From: Candidatus Latescibacterota bacterium | GTDB lineage: Bacteria > Latescibacterota > UBA2968 | Length of the DNA stretch: 64,000 nt | Assembly: GCA_965208125.1 (NCBI GenBank) | Contig: OZ242320.1 | Location: 5,024,001 to 5,088,000 of the forward strand | Reading direction: 5' to 3' | Shown here: piece by piece, positions 19,194 to 28,213 of the stretch | How the letters are laid out: each line of letters starts with the position of its first letter | How positions within the stretch are numbered: position 1 is the first letter of the stretch | Translations under genes and position numbers: made by a program | The notes under the pieces: model-generated | Told to the model about the DNA's origin: nothing | The model's database searches: none | The model's input: the letters and a program-made list of their open reading frames with translations, nothing else

Positions 19194-19232
19194 AAAAAGC
19201 CTTTGAAGCGCATATCTTCAGAGGCTTTTTTT
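19194..19232 (+). terminator. Rho-independent terminator
   Basis: aaaaagcctttgaag-cgcatat-cttcagaggcttttttt. Confidence 0.8.
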
Positions 19233-19250
19233 AATATCTAACGCCAAAAC

Positions 19251-19279
19251 TTGATTTGTCTGAGGTTGTTATGTACATT
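19251..19279 (+). promoter_or_regulatory. Putative sigma70 promoter of the nitroreductase-dsrMK-desulfurase-dsrC operon
   Basis: TTGATT-17 nt-TACATT immediately after the sigma-gene terminator. Confidence 0.5.
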
Positions 19280-19322
19280 GCTGTACATTTCCTTTTTATC
19301 GAGACCCTACAGGAGGCAAGCG

Positions 19323-19892
19323 ATGGACGTTTTGGAAGCTATTCACACGCGGCGCACAATTTTTAAGTTCAAACCGGGTGGTGTGCCCAAAGATGTGATT
19401 GAAAAAACTTTTGAGGCCGGTCTATGGGCGCCCAATCACCATTTGACAGAACCATGGCGATTTGTAGTCCTGGGAGAAGAAACCAAAGAAATACTGGCGC
19501 AACGCTACAGCGAAATTCAGGAAGAAAAAGCGGCTGAAAGTGCCAGCGACGAGGCCAGGCGCATATTAAAAGAAGCCGGTTATGCCAAGTTCATGTCAAA
19601 GCCCACAATTATTGCAGTGGCCTGTTTGCAAGATGGCGATGAGATCAAGAATAGAGAAGATTATGCGGCCGCGTGTTGCGCCATGCAAAATGTACAGTTG
19701 GCTGCCTGGGCAGAAGGGGTTGGCATGCAGTGGAGCACGGGGCCGATCACGCTGGAAGAAAACACCTACAAATTGTTGGGTGTAGATACCGAGACCGAAT
19801 ACATCATCGGATTTTTCTATACTGGATATCCCGATGAGATTCCAGAACCGAGGCGCAAACCCCTCGAAGAGGTGCTGAGCTGGACGGATTGA
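19323..19892 (+). CDS. Nitroreductase family flavoprotein (YdjA-like)
   Basis: AIHTRRTI, WAPNHHLTEPWRF, QNVQLAAWAEGVG; RBS AGGAGG before ATG 19323. Confidence 0.88.
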   Translation: MDVLEAIHTRRTIFKFKPGGVPKDVIEKTFEAGLWAPNHHLTEPWRFVVLGEETKEILAQRYSEIQEEKAAESASDEARRILKEAGYAKFMSKPTIIAVACLQDGDEIKNREDYAAACCAMQNVQLAAWAEGVGMQWSTGPITLEENTYKLLGVDTETEYIIGFFYTGYPDEIPEPRRKPLEEVLSWTD

Positions 19893-20722
19893 TTCCGCTA
19901 ACCATGAATGGCTTTGAATTTTTTGTTCTCTATCGCCTGCCCTATTTCGCATTGCCTTTTTATTTCATCATGTTGGGCGTGCGAATATGGGTGTGGATGC
20001 GGTTTTACAACCCCGCGCTCAAGCTATTGCCACGAGCCAGGGGATCTGTATATGGCGTGTGGAAGCAGCAGTACCGGCCAACCATCCACATTTTTCCCGG
20101 ATCGCGCTCACAAAGCACAGAATGGAAGCGCGCGATAAAGGGCTTTGTTTTCTTTACCGGTCTCTATAAGCGAGATAAAATACTATGGCTGGGGTCCTGG
20201 TCGCTCCATTTAGGGCTATTCCTGGTAATTGTTGCCCATGTCCGCGTGATTTTGCCGCTTGACCTGGACCTGACCTGTTTACGCGTCGCATTGATCGGCA
20301 GTGGACTGATGACAGTGTCGGGCACTTATTTGTTGCTGCGTCGAATAATCGTTCAGCGCGTGCGGGAAATTACGGACTTTCGGGACTATCTGGCGGAACT
20401 CATCCTCCTGTTCTTCTCTGCGACGGCATTTCTCGTCGTATTATATGGTGGCGTGTCATCTGAAGTCTTGCGCCACTATGTGTCTGGCCTATTGACGGGC
20501 ACAACGACAGTTATTGAAGTACAACTCATTTTTGTCTGGCACATGCTCGCTGCACAGCTCTTATTGATCGTGATCCCATTTTCCCATCTATTGCATCTGG
20601 GGGGAATTTTTTTGAGCCGCGAATTTTTGGGCACATCCGATACATTTGCAGGGGAATTTGGATCGGGATTTTCAGGATTAAAGGATGAACAAGATGAAAA
20701 ACCACTAACCACTAACCACTAA
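19889..20722 (+). CDS. DsrM-like membrane di-heme cytochrome b (NarI family)
   Basis: Multiple TM helices; four His (WSLH, VAH, VWH, LLH); LLLRRI..RVREIT; IPFSHLLHLGGIFLS resembles the DsrM C-terminal motif. Confidence 0.8.
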   Translation: MIPLTMNGFEFFVLYRLPYFALPFYFIMLGVRIWVWMRFYNPALKLLPRARGSVYGVWKQQYRPTIHIFPGSRSQSTEWKRAIKGFVFFTGLYKRDKILWLGSWSLHLGLFLVIVAHVRVILPLDLDLTCLRVALIGSGLMTVSGTYLLLRRIIVQRVREITDFRDYLAELILLFFSATAFLVVLYGGVSSEVLRHYVSGLLTGTTTVIEVQLIFVWHMLAAQLLLIVIPFSHLLHLGGIFLSREFLGTSDTFAGEFGSGFSGLKDEQDEKPLTTNH

Positions 20723-20727
20723 CCACT
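20660..20727 (+). repeat. 9-mer GGAT repeats followed by (AACCACT)x4
   Basis: ggatcgggattttcaggattaaaggatgaacaagatga, then aaccact x4 at 20700-20727. Confidence 0.75.
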
Positions 20728-22094
20728 TGAGAATCAGAAAATTGGAAAAGCCAGATCAAATAGAACGAGAGAAAAAATACATTCCAACAGGCCTGGTTGG
20801 CACGTATATGCGGCGCATTGCCGAATCGGATCCGTTTGTCCGCGAGATCCAGGATGAACCATCGGCATTGCGTTTGTACATGGATACGTGTACCAAATGT
20901 GGGGTGTGCGCGCAGGAATGCCCGGTGTATTACGGGCAGCCCGATAAGCGTATGCATCCGGTGGAACGCTCTCGGCAAGTGATTCGTTTATACAAAAAGT
21001 ACACGACATTTTGGGGGCGATTTTGGAATGCCATTTTTCCAAAACCAGATTTCGAAAATAACGATGCCGAGTTATTTGCCGAGCGCATGTACGAGTGTCT
21101 GACGTGTCGGCGGTGTGCGGCATTTTGTCCTGTGGGGATCGATCATTCGGTGATCTCGCGCGTTGGACGCTCGCTTGTCGATTTAATGGGTTTGACGCCG
21201 CCATCCCTTGCACAGGGCACGCACAATTCGTTTGAAACAGGCAATTTGGAAGGCGCGTCAGCCGAGGCATTTTTAGATGCGATTCAATTTATCGAAGACG
21301 AACTCAAGGAAGAAACGGGACGGGATATTGCCATTCCCTTAGACCGCGAAGGCGCGGAAATTTTCTTTTTGCCACCGTCTGGCGATGTGCTGGTTTATGC
21401 TGAAAATTTAATGGGCATGGCGAAAATTTTTCACGCCATCGGTGCCGATTGGACGATGAGTTCGCGGGCATTTGACGGATCGAATTTTGGATTTACGACC
21501 GGCAATAACTTTTCAATGAAATACGAGAACAAGCACTACATCGACGCGTGCGAAAATTTGGGATGTGAGCTTCTGGTAATGGGTGAATGCGGGCATGCGT
21601 ATCGGGTGATGAAGTTTATGGCCAGCGAAGGACGCTGGTGGGGCGCATTGCCTTTTGAGATTACCAGTGGCTTTGAATATACGGCACAACTTATTCGCAC
21701 AGGCAAATTGAAATTAGATCCGGGTAAAAATCCCGATCCCGTGACCTATCACGACGCCTGCCAATTTGCTGCCGGGTGTGGGATTGTCGAGGAACCCAGA
21801 GCGATTTTAAAAGCTGCCTGTGCCGATTACCGCGAGATGCCCGATGGCGGATATACGCAGTGGTGTTGCGGTGGTGGCGGTGGGTTATCGGCTCTGCGCT
21901 CGGTGCGCGCGTTTCGGATGGAGGTCTCGGGCAAAAAGAAAGCAGAGCAAATGCGCGAGACCGATGCGAAAATCGTATCGACCTCGTGTTTGCAGTGCCG
22001 CACACAACTCAAAGAAATCGCGCGCCATCACAAAATGCCACTAAGAATTACGGGTGTACACGAGTTGGTAAACAATGCGATTGTACTGGAATAG
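20727..22094 (+). CDS. DsrK-like heterodisulfide-reductase-type Fe-S protein (HdrD family)
   Basis: CTKCGVCAQECP, CLTCRRCAAFCPVGID, PSGD, GECGHAYR, TYHDAC, CCGGGGG, CLQC; start codon uncertain (TTG). Confidence 0.85.
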   Translation: MRIRKLEKPDQIEREKKYIPTGLVGTYMRRIAESDPFVREIQDEPSALRLYMDTCTKCGVCAQECPVYYGQPDKRMHPVERSRQVIRLYKKYTTFWGRFWNAIFPKPDFENNDAELFAERMYECLTCRRCAAFCPVGIDHSVISRVGRSLVDLMGLTPPSLAQGTHNSFETGNLEGASAEAFLDAIQFIEDELKEETGRDIAIPLDREGAEIFFLPPSGDVLVYAENLMGMAKIFHAIGADWTMSSRAFDGSNFGFTTGNNFSMKYENKHYIDACENLGCELLVMGECGHAYRVMKFMASEGRWWGALPFEITSGFEYTAQLIRTGKLKLDPGKNPDPVTYHDACQFAAGCGIVEEPRAILKAACADYREMPDGGYTQWCCGGGGGLSALRSVRAFRMEVSGKKKAEQMRETDAKIVSTSCLQCRTQLKEIARHHKMPLRITGVHELVNNAIVLE

Positions 22095-22104
22095 CCGATA
22101 GCTC

Positions 22105-23322
22105 ATGTCTCATTTAATTTACATGGACAACGCGGCGACGACGTTTCCAAAGCCCCCTACTGTGCTGGAAGACGCGCTGGCGTTCTATCGAAAATACGGG
22201 GTAAACCCCGGGCGCAGTGGCACAGATCTGGCGAGAGAGGCCGAGGATATGGTTGCCGAGACGCGGGCATCGCTCGCTTCGTTTTTTGGCGCCACGGGCA
22301 GTCCCGATCGGCTTGTGTTTACACACAATGCCTCGGATGCGCTGAATATTGCGATTCAGGGCACGTTGAAATCCGGCGATCATGTAATTACAACATGTCT
22401 GGATCACAATTCGGTTTTGCGCCCGATTTACCATCTCTCAAAATACGAGGGAATTGAGGCGACTTATGTGGGCTTTGGGACAAATGGCTTTATCGACCCG
22501 GAGGATATTGCCAGGGCGATCAGGCCAAACACAAAACTCGTAGTGATGACCCATGCATCCAATGTATTGGGCACTGTGCAACCCGTAGCGGCAGTCGGCG
22601 CGATCTGCCGCGCACGCGGCGTAATTTTCTGCGTTGATGTGGCGCAAACAGCGGGCATGTTGCCCATTGATATGGAGGCGATGCACGCCGATATTCTGTG
22701 TTTTACCGGCCACAAGTCACTCATGGGACCAACGGGTACTGGTGGGATGTACGTGCGCGAAGGCGTGACAATTGCACCGTTGCGATACGGCGGAACGGGT
22801 GTGCGGTCGGAGTATCCCGATCACCTCGACGAGTATCCCTGGCGGTTGGAGTGTGGCACGGGCAATCTGATGGGCATTGCGGGGTTGTTATACGCGCAAA
22901 AATGGATGCTACGAGAAGGCGTGAAAAATATTCATGCACGCGAGATGGCTTTGTTTAAACAACTGGTCAATGGTCTGCACGAAGTCGATGGGACCATTTT
23001 GTATTGCGCTGAAAATCACGAACAACACGTGCCAGTATTGTCGGTCAATATCGAAGGGATGACAGCAAATAATGTGGGTACATTGCTGGATGTGAAGTTC
23101 AATGTGGCAACGCGCACGGGGTTGCTATGCGCGCCAAAGGTACATGAAACCCTGGGCACGAAAGCATTGAAGGGTACGGTGCGCCTTTCGTTGGGTCCCT
23201 TCAATACTGAAGCACAGATTGAGACTGTGATCGAAGGCTTGAGCGATATTTCCCAACGGCACGGACGACGCGATGTACAATTGCACCAGCAGGTAAAAGG
23301 TCAGGTGCGGAATGGCGTATGA
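22105..23322 (+). CDS. Class V PLP cysteine desulfurase / selenocysteine lyase family protein
   Basis: YMDNAATTFPKP, HNSVLRP, HASNVLG, FTGHKSLMGPTGTGG, RTGLLCAP active-site Cys. Confidence 0.9.
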   Translation: MSHLIYMDNAATTFPKPPTVLEDALAFYRKYGVNPGRSGTDLAREAEDMVAETRASLASFFGATGSPDRLVFTHNASDALNIAIQGTLKSGDHVITTCLDHNSVLRPIYHLSKYEGIEATYVGFGTNGFIDPEDIARAIRPNTKLVVMTHASNVLGTVQPVAAVGAICRARGVIFCVDVAQTAGMLPIDMEAMHADILCFTGHKSLMGPTGTGGMYVREGVTIAPLRYGGTGVRSEYPDHLDEYPWRLECGTGNLMGIAGLLYAQKWMLREGVKNIHAREMALFKQLVNGLHEVDGTILYCAENHEQHVPVLSVNIEGMTANNVGTLLDVKFNVATRTGLLCAPKVHETLGTKALKGTVRLSLGPFNTEAQIETVIEGLSDISQRHGRRDVQLHQQVKGQVRNGV

Positions 23323-23635
23323 GATTGTGACGTTGGGCGGCAAAGAAATTGAGGTGGATGAGGATGGGTTTATCCAACAGCCCGAGCGTTGGGACGAAGA
23401 TGTGGCGCGCGATCTGGCCCGGCAAGATGGTATTGAAGAGATGACCAAAGATCATTGGCAGGTAGTGTATTATATCCGCAATTATTGGTTGAAATTCGAA
23501 ATCGCTCCATTGATCCGCCGCCTGTGCAAAGAGACAGAGAAAGATATCGATACGATTTACGATCTGTTTTCCGCAGGTCCTGCAGATGGCGCGTGTAAAA
23601 TCGCGGGTTTGCCAACGCCAACGGGGTGTACGTGA
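23312..23635 (+). CDS. dsrC: DsrC/TusE family sulfur carrier with both C-terminal Cys
   Basis: DEDGFI, HWQVVYYIR, DLFSAGPADGACKIAGLPTPTGCT (C-X10-C). Confidence 0.88.
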   Translation: MAYEIVTLGGKEIEVDEDGFIQQPERWDEDVARDLARQDGIEEMTKDHWQVVYYIRNYWLKFEIAPLIRRLCKETEKDIDTIYDLFSAGPADGACKIAGLPTPTGCT

Positions 23636-23651
23636 CCGATAAAAATAAGTA

Positions 23652-23694
23652 AAAAAAATGAGGCGATTCCAATAGGAAATCGCCTCATTTTTTT
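23652..23694. terminator. Bidirectional rho-independent terminator
   Basis: aaaaaaatgaggcgatt-ccaatagga-aatcgcctcattttttt. Confidence 0.9.
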
Positions 23695-23709
23695 AAGCTT
23701 CAATCAACT

Positions 23710-24606
23710 CTATCCCGTACGCGCTTGAATATTCGACATATCTTCAATAACCGTGAGCAAACCCGAGTGGTCAAGTTCGCCGCGGCCTTTGACCATTGCG
23801 GTCTTGAAAAGTTCAAAAACCTCGCTGGTAACGGGCAAGGGCACGTCGAAATCATTACTCGTTTTCTGGATGATATTGAGGTCTTTGTAGTGCAGGCGAA
23901 TGCGAAAGCCGGGATCAAAATCGCCATTGACCATGCGCTCCCCCCTGTTTTCAAGTACACCGCAGCGCGCAAGTCCCCCACTGAGCACTTGAACGATTTT
24001 GATTGGATCAACGCCCGCTTTAGTCCCCATTGTGAGGGCTTCTGATACGCCAGCAATGGTGACAGCAACGAGAATTTGATTGCACGCTTTCACGGTTTGC
24101 CCCGCGCCGAGAGGTCCACACAAAATCGCACTTTGGCCCATAACGTCAAAGAGCGGTTTGACCGTGTTGAAAGTATCTGCATCGCCGCCAACCATAATGG
24201 AAAGAGTGGCGTTTTGAGCGCCGATGTCGCCGCCACTGACGGGTGCATCGAGGCTTTGAACGCCTTTTTCTGAGAGCACCTCCCCCACCTGTGTGGTGAC
24301 ACTGGGTGCAATCGTGCTCATATCGACGAAAATCAGACCTTCGTGCGCACCTTCAATAATCCCGCCTTCGCCCAAAGCGACACTCTTAACATCGGGCGAA
24401 TCGGGCAACATAGTGATAACAATATCGCTTTGTTCCGCCACCTCTTTGCCAGAGTGCGCTTCTACTGCTCCTTTGCCGACGAGTTCATCAACCGCATCTC
24501 GATTGCGGTTGTGTACGACGAGTTCATATCCGGCATCTATTAAATGACCGGCCATCGGCTTGCCCATAATCCCGAGACCGATAAACCCAATTTTTGGCTT
24601 CGACAT
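23710..24606 (-). CDS. garR: 2-hydroxy-3-oxopropionate (tartronate semialdehyde) reductase
   Basis: IGFIGLGIMGKPMA, DAPVSGG, GAGQTVKACNQ, LHYKDL. Confidence 0.85.
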   Translation of the reverse strand: MSKPKIGFIGLGIMGKPMAGHLIDAGYELVVHNRNRDAVDELVGKGAVEAHSGKEVAEQSDIVITMLPDSPDVKSVALGEGGIIEGAHEGLIFVDMSTIAPSVTTQVGEVLSEKGVQSLDAPVSGGDIGAQNATLSIMVGGDADTFNTVKPLFDVMGQSAILCGPLGAGQTVKACNQILVAVTIAGVSEALTMGTKAGVDPIKIVQVLSGGLARCGVLENRGERMVNGDFDPGFRIRLHYKDLNIIQKTSNDFDVPLPVTSEVFELFKTAMVKGRGELDHSGLLTVIEDMSNIQARTG

Positions 24607-24681
24607 GTGTTAAATCCCTTTCAATAGATAGTTTCTCTTTTTCTGCGGTCAGCGATAAATATAATCGCTTTTAAAGATTTT

Positions 24682-25605
24682 CTACAATTTCTTCAACTCT
24701 GCAAGCGAGGGAAAGGCGTGGCGTTCCCACACCCGCACGATCACCCCATCCACGATATAAGCCAGCCGCGGGTACCCATGCCCGTGGGTCAAACGCTTGA
24801 AATCAGCGAGAGAAATTGTAGCGATGGTAAAACGCGGTCGGAACTGCATTTTGAATTGCGCGGTCACGGGATGATCTTTGGGATACTGGCTCAAAGCAAT
24901 TAACCTGGGCACCTCTGGATCGGCAGCCCAGACATTGAGCTTGGGCACGGCGACCTGGCAATAGTGACAACTTGGACTGAACAACTCAATCAGATAGGCT
25001 CCCCGCGTCAAATCGATGTTCGTATCTAGCAGGGATAACCCTTTCAGATAATCACCCACCTGCAAGTCTGAATCAACCATCCGATCGCGCTCGGGCATAT
25101 ATCGAAAACCCAGTACGGTTAGAGAAACCAATCCCCCGACCAGGACCACCCATCGTCCCCAGACCCATAGCGCAACAGATCGTCGCCGCAGACCCCACCA
25201 AGAAAAGACCAGCAACCCCAGCATGAGAAAATTTTCCACCATCGCTTCACTCGGCGATCGATCGACCAGAGTGCCAAAACACCCGCAACTCTCCCCCATT
25301 CCCCGATGTAAGGCATGGGCGGTAATCGCAAGAAAAAAAACCATCATCACCACACCTATAGGCAAAACGAGACGCGGCTTCCAATCGACCAGAAGCGCGA
25401 AACCCACCATACATTCCAGCGGACCGAGCAACAGAGCCAATTTGGCGACCATTTCCACTGTCTCGCGCCCGACAAAAATTTGGGCAGGCATCATAGCCTC
25501 CCAAAAAAAGAGCACGGGATCCCATATCTTAGCCAGGCCAGCCACCAGAAAAACCACACCCATAATCCGCTGGCTTATCCACAAGCTCTTTTCTAATCTA
25601 TTCAT
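24682..25605 (-). CDS. MauE/DoxX membrane protein fused to a thioredoxin-like domain
   Basis: TM helices, GLAKIWDP, SCGCFG, C-terminal FSPSCHYC and YPR. Confidence 0.75.
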   Translation of the reverse strand: MNRLEKSLWISQRIMGVVFLVAGLAKIWDPVLFFWEAMMPAQIFVGRETVEMVAKLALLLGPLECMVGFALLVDWKPRLVLPIGVVMMVFFLAITAHALHRGMGESCGCFGTLVDRSPSEAMVENFLMLGLLVFSWWGLRRRSVALWVWGRWVVLVGGLVSLTVLGFRYMPERDRMVDSDLQVGDYLKGLSLLDTNIDLTRGAYLIELFSPSCHYCQVAVPKLNVWAADPEVPRLIALSQYPKDHPVTAQFKMQFRPRFTIATISLADFKRLTHGHGYPRLAYIVDGVIVRVWERHAFPSLAELKKL

Positions 25606-25619
25606 AGCTGTATCCTCTT

Positions 25620-26450
25620 TTAGCTCACAAACAACGGTTGATCGGATCTCGGTACAATACCCGCTTCTTCTGCTCGATCAAAAAGATCGACCAGCGCAGT
25701 CTCGCCATCTGCGCCATAATCCAACGTGTATTCATTGACGTAGAGATCGATGTGTTGCTGCATCACGGATTCGTCCATCTCCTGCGCATGCTCGCGGATA
25801 TAATTTTTAACTTCATCGGGATTTGAATGTGCATATTCCACACTGGCACAAAGAGATACATCAATCTGTTGAATTATTTCTACGCCGAGATCGCGTCGGG
25901 CGAGAATACCCCCAAGCGGAATGGGATGTCCCGTAGATGCCTCCCACCATTCGCCCAGATCAATGACTTTGTGCAAACCATAATCGGGATAGGTAAATCG
26001 CGATTCGTGGATGATCACGCCCGCATCGACATCGCCTTTTTGCGTGGCCCCCATAATCTCGTGAAAAGGCATCGCCACGAGGTTGTCAAGCGCGGGATTA
26101 AAGAGGCGCAACAAGAGCGCGGCCGTAGTGAGTTTGCCGGGAATGGCGATGCGTTTGTCCAACAGATCGCGCGGATCAAGGGCGTCAGCCGCGACAACGA
26201 GCGGGCCACACCCGCGTCCCAATGCCCCCCCCGAATGCAGCAGACAATACCGGTCACGCATAAATGCGAGCGCGTGGAATGATATTTTGGTCATATCCAA
26301 TTTACCTGCCATAGCCATGCGATTCAGGGTCTCGATATCCTCGAGAATCTCGCGGCATTGGGGTGCGCCATCTATTTTTCCATGAACCAGACCGTAAAAA
26401 ATATATGTGTCATTAGGACAGGGGGAATAACCGAGAGAAATACGGGACAT
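25620..26450 (-). CDS. mqnD: 1,4-dihydroxy-6-naphthoate synthase
   Basis: LGYSPCPNDT, DIETLN, GALGRGCGP, IIHESRFTY, DLGEWWE, HIDLYVNEY; start placed at 26450. Confidence 0.95.
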   Translation of the reverse strand: MSRISLGYSPCPNDTYIFYGLVHGKIDGAPQCREILEDIETLNRMAMAGKLDMTKISFHALAFMRDRYCLLHSGGALGRGCGPLVVAADALDPRDLLDKRIAIPGKLTTAALLLRLFNPALDNLVAMPFHEIMGATQKGDVDAGVIIHESRFTYPDYGLHKVIDLGEWWEASTGHPIPLGGILARRDLGVEIIQQIDVSLCASVEYAHSNPDEVKNYIREHAQEMDESVMQQHIDLYVNEYTLDYGADGETALVDLFDRAEEAGIVPRSDQPLFVS

Positions 26451-26463
26451 GGTGAACCTCGTG

Positions 26464-27183
26464 TCATAGAGCCTCAATGAATTTTCGCGCTGCAATTTGC
26501 ACCCTCTGGGCAGCGCGTGGAATATCCCAGGAGTCTTTATTGCGGTCTTCCACGCGATTGCTGATAGCGCGCAATTCGAGAAATGGAACCTCATAGAGCT
26601 TACAGATATGCGCCGCAGCCGCGCCCTCCATATTTTCACATATCGCATTGAACCGCGCTGCCAGTTCATTGCCAATATCCTCGCGTCCTGTACATTGTTG
26701 CACCGTAACAAAAGGACCTTGCACAACGCATTCGCCCAATTGCTCGAGTATGTGTTGCGCTCTGGCGACAAGCGCGGGATCGAGAGAATACGTATTGTAA
26801 TAATCGCGATCTGTTGACAGGACGGGAATGCCAATCTCATCAGCAGGAGACCAGCCAGCAGGTGTGATAATGCCTAAATCTCCATAATTTTCTTCAGTCG
26901 CAAGTGCAAGACCGCCTTTATCCAGGCCACTACCGAGATAAGCACCACCAATGCCGATTTGCAGAACGAGTTCGGGATCGATTTCTTGCAGTGCAACAGT
27001 CAGCGCCTGCGCTGTATTGACTGCTCCAATACCCGTTTCAAGCAGGACAACGGGTCTGATGCCAATCATACTGTGAACCCAGGCGCGATGCCCCCTGCGC
27101 TGTGTTGTCATCTGTTGAAGGCTATCGCGCAAACGCTGTTGCTCATAGGCTGTAGCTGTCAGGATGAGCAGAGTATCGGGCAT
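26464..27183 (-). CDS. mqnB: Futalosine hydrolase
   Basis: TGIGAVN, GIGGAY, ENYGDLG, ENMEGAAAA, ELRAISNRV; adjacent to mqnD. Confidence 0.9.
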   Translation of the reverse strand: MPDTLLILTATAYEQQRLRDSLQQMTTQRRGHRAWVHSMIGIRPVVLLETGIGAVNTAQALTVALQEIDPELVLQIGIGGAYLGSGLDKGGLALATEENYGDLGIITPAGWSPADEIGIPVLSTDRDYYNTYSLDPALVARAQHILEQLGECVVQGPFVTVQQCTGREDIGNELAARFNAICENMEGAAAAHICKLYEVPFLELRAISNRVEDRNKDSWDIPRAAQRVQIAARKFIEAL

Positions 27184-27193
27184 GGTCGAGCAC

Positions 27194-28213
27194 CTAAAAA
27201 GAAAAGGGCATCTTCAGAGGCACGGTTCGCTGTGCGGGTTCGTACCATCCCTGAGGAGCGAAATGATCTGAATGCAAATAGCATTTTACATCTACTTTGT
27301 CGCACCCTTCTGTAAAGGTCAAAATCCGACTCATCGGCACGTTCTTTTGCCCGTGAAACTTTGAAATCGCAGCGACGTTGATAAATGTCGCGCCCCACTT
27401 CTGTTCCACATGCGAGCGCCCGCTGGTCGTATCTTCGGGATTTGTGTGCGTGTGCCCGCCCAGCCATATATCACAAACACTGGGATTATCTGCCAGAACG
27501 CCTTCAAATTGTCCGCTATCTGGTTTTCCACCCACCCAGTAGAGATACGACGCCCCAATAGGCGCGCCATCGTCAAAACGACCGTGATAGCCTTCATCCA
27601 CCCCCACCCAATCGAGTGAAGCAACCGTCGTCTCTTTTAACATATGGTGATGTGCAGAAATGATAATTTTATCCCGATTGGAAAGCACCATATCGCGCCA
27701 CCATTCAAATGTCTCCTGCGTGACTGCGCCTGCGGGATAACCGCCCCTTTTCCCCCGTCCTACAGGCGGCCCACCGTCATTGCGATCACCCATACACAGG
27801 AACAGGATATTGCCCACCTCAAAAGAATACCGATCCCACTGTCCTGTTACGGGATATGGTCGTTGGGCTGCATAAACACCCGAATATCCGGAGTTCACAC
27901 CCATCGGGTCCACCCACTTTTGAAACCACCACTGAGTCTCCTCATCAGGACCACTCGCATCGTGATTGCCCACGATATTGTAAAAATGCGACCGCGGATG
28001 CTTGGTCGATACACTGTATTGCCGAACCACCTCCTCGCCTTCATCATCGTCGGGCGGTTCCTGCGCACCGGATAGATCGCCAATATCGAGCATTATATCC
28101 CATTCAAAATCCCGCTCTGCTTGCAAAATGGCTGTTTCCAAACTCTTTCGCCCATGCCGCAAATCCGTTCCCACATGTGCATCCCCACCGGCCCAGAGTG
28201 TAAATGCGTTCAT
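27194..28213 (-). CDS. Calcineurin-like metallophosphoesterase
   Basis: DAHVG, GDL, GNHD, AHHH, GGHTH. Confidence 0.85.
   Translation of the reverse strand: MNAFTLWAGGDAHVGTDLRHGRKSLETAILQAERDFEWDIMLDIGDLSGAQEPPDDDEGEEVVRQYSVSTKHPRSHFYNIVGNHDASGPDEETQWWFQKWVDPMGVNSGYSGVYAAQRPYPVTGQWDRYSFEVGNILFLCMGDRNDGGPPVGRGKRGGYPAGAVTQETFEWWRDMVLSNRDKIIISAHHHMLKETTVASLDWVGVDEGYHGRFDDGAPIGASYLYWVGGKPDSGQFEGVLADNPSVCDIWLGGHTHTNPEDTTSGRSHVEQKWGATFINVAAISKFHGQKNVPMSRILTFTEGCDKVDVKCYLHSDHFAPQGWYEPAQRTVPLKMPFSF

Noticed and set aside
19889-23635. Evidence that the organism is a dissimilatory sulfate reducer or sulfur oxidiser
   Set aside because: dsrAB, aprAB and sat are not in the window, so this cannot be concluded from dsrMKC-like genes alone.
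23630-23640. TGA after DsrC GCT as selenocysteine
   Set aside because: The protein is already complete at the family's penultimate Cys; a terminator follows and there is no SECIS-like stem.
26451-26840. 129-aa N-terminal extension of MqnD in the ORF track
   Set aside because: Overlaps mqnB in another frame; MqnD homology begins at MSRISLGYSPCPND (26450).
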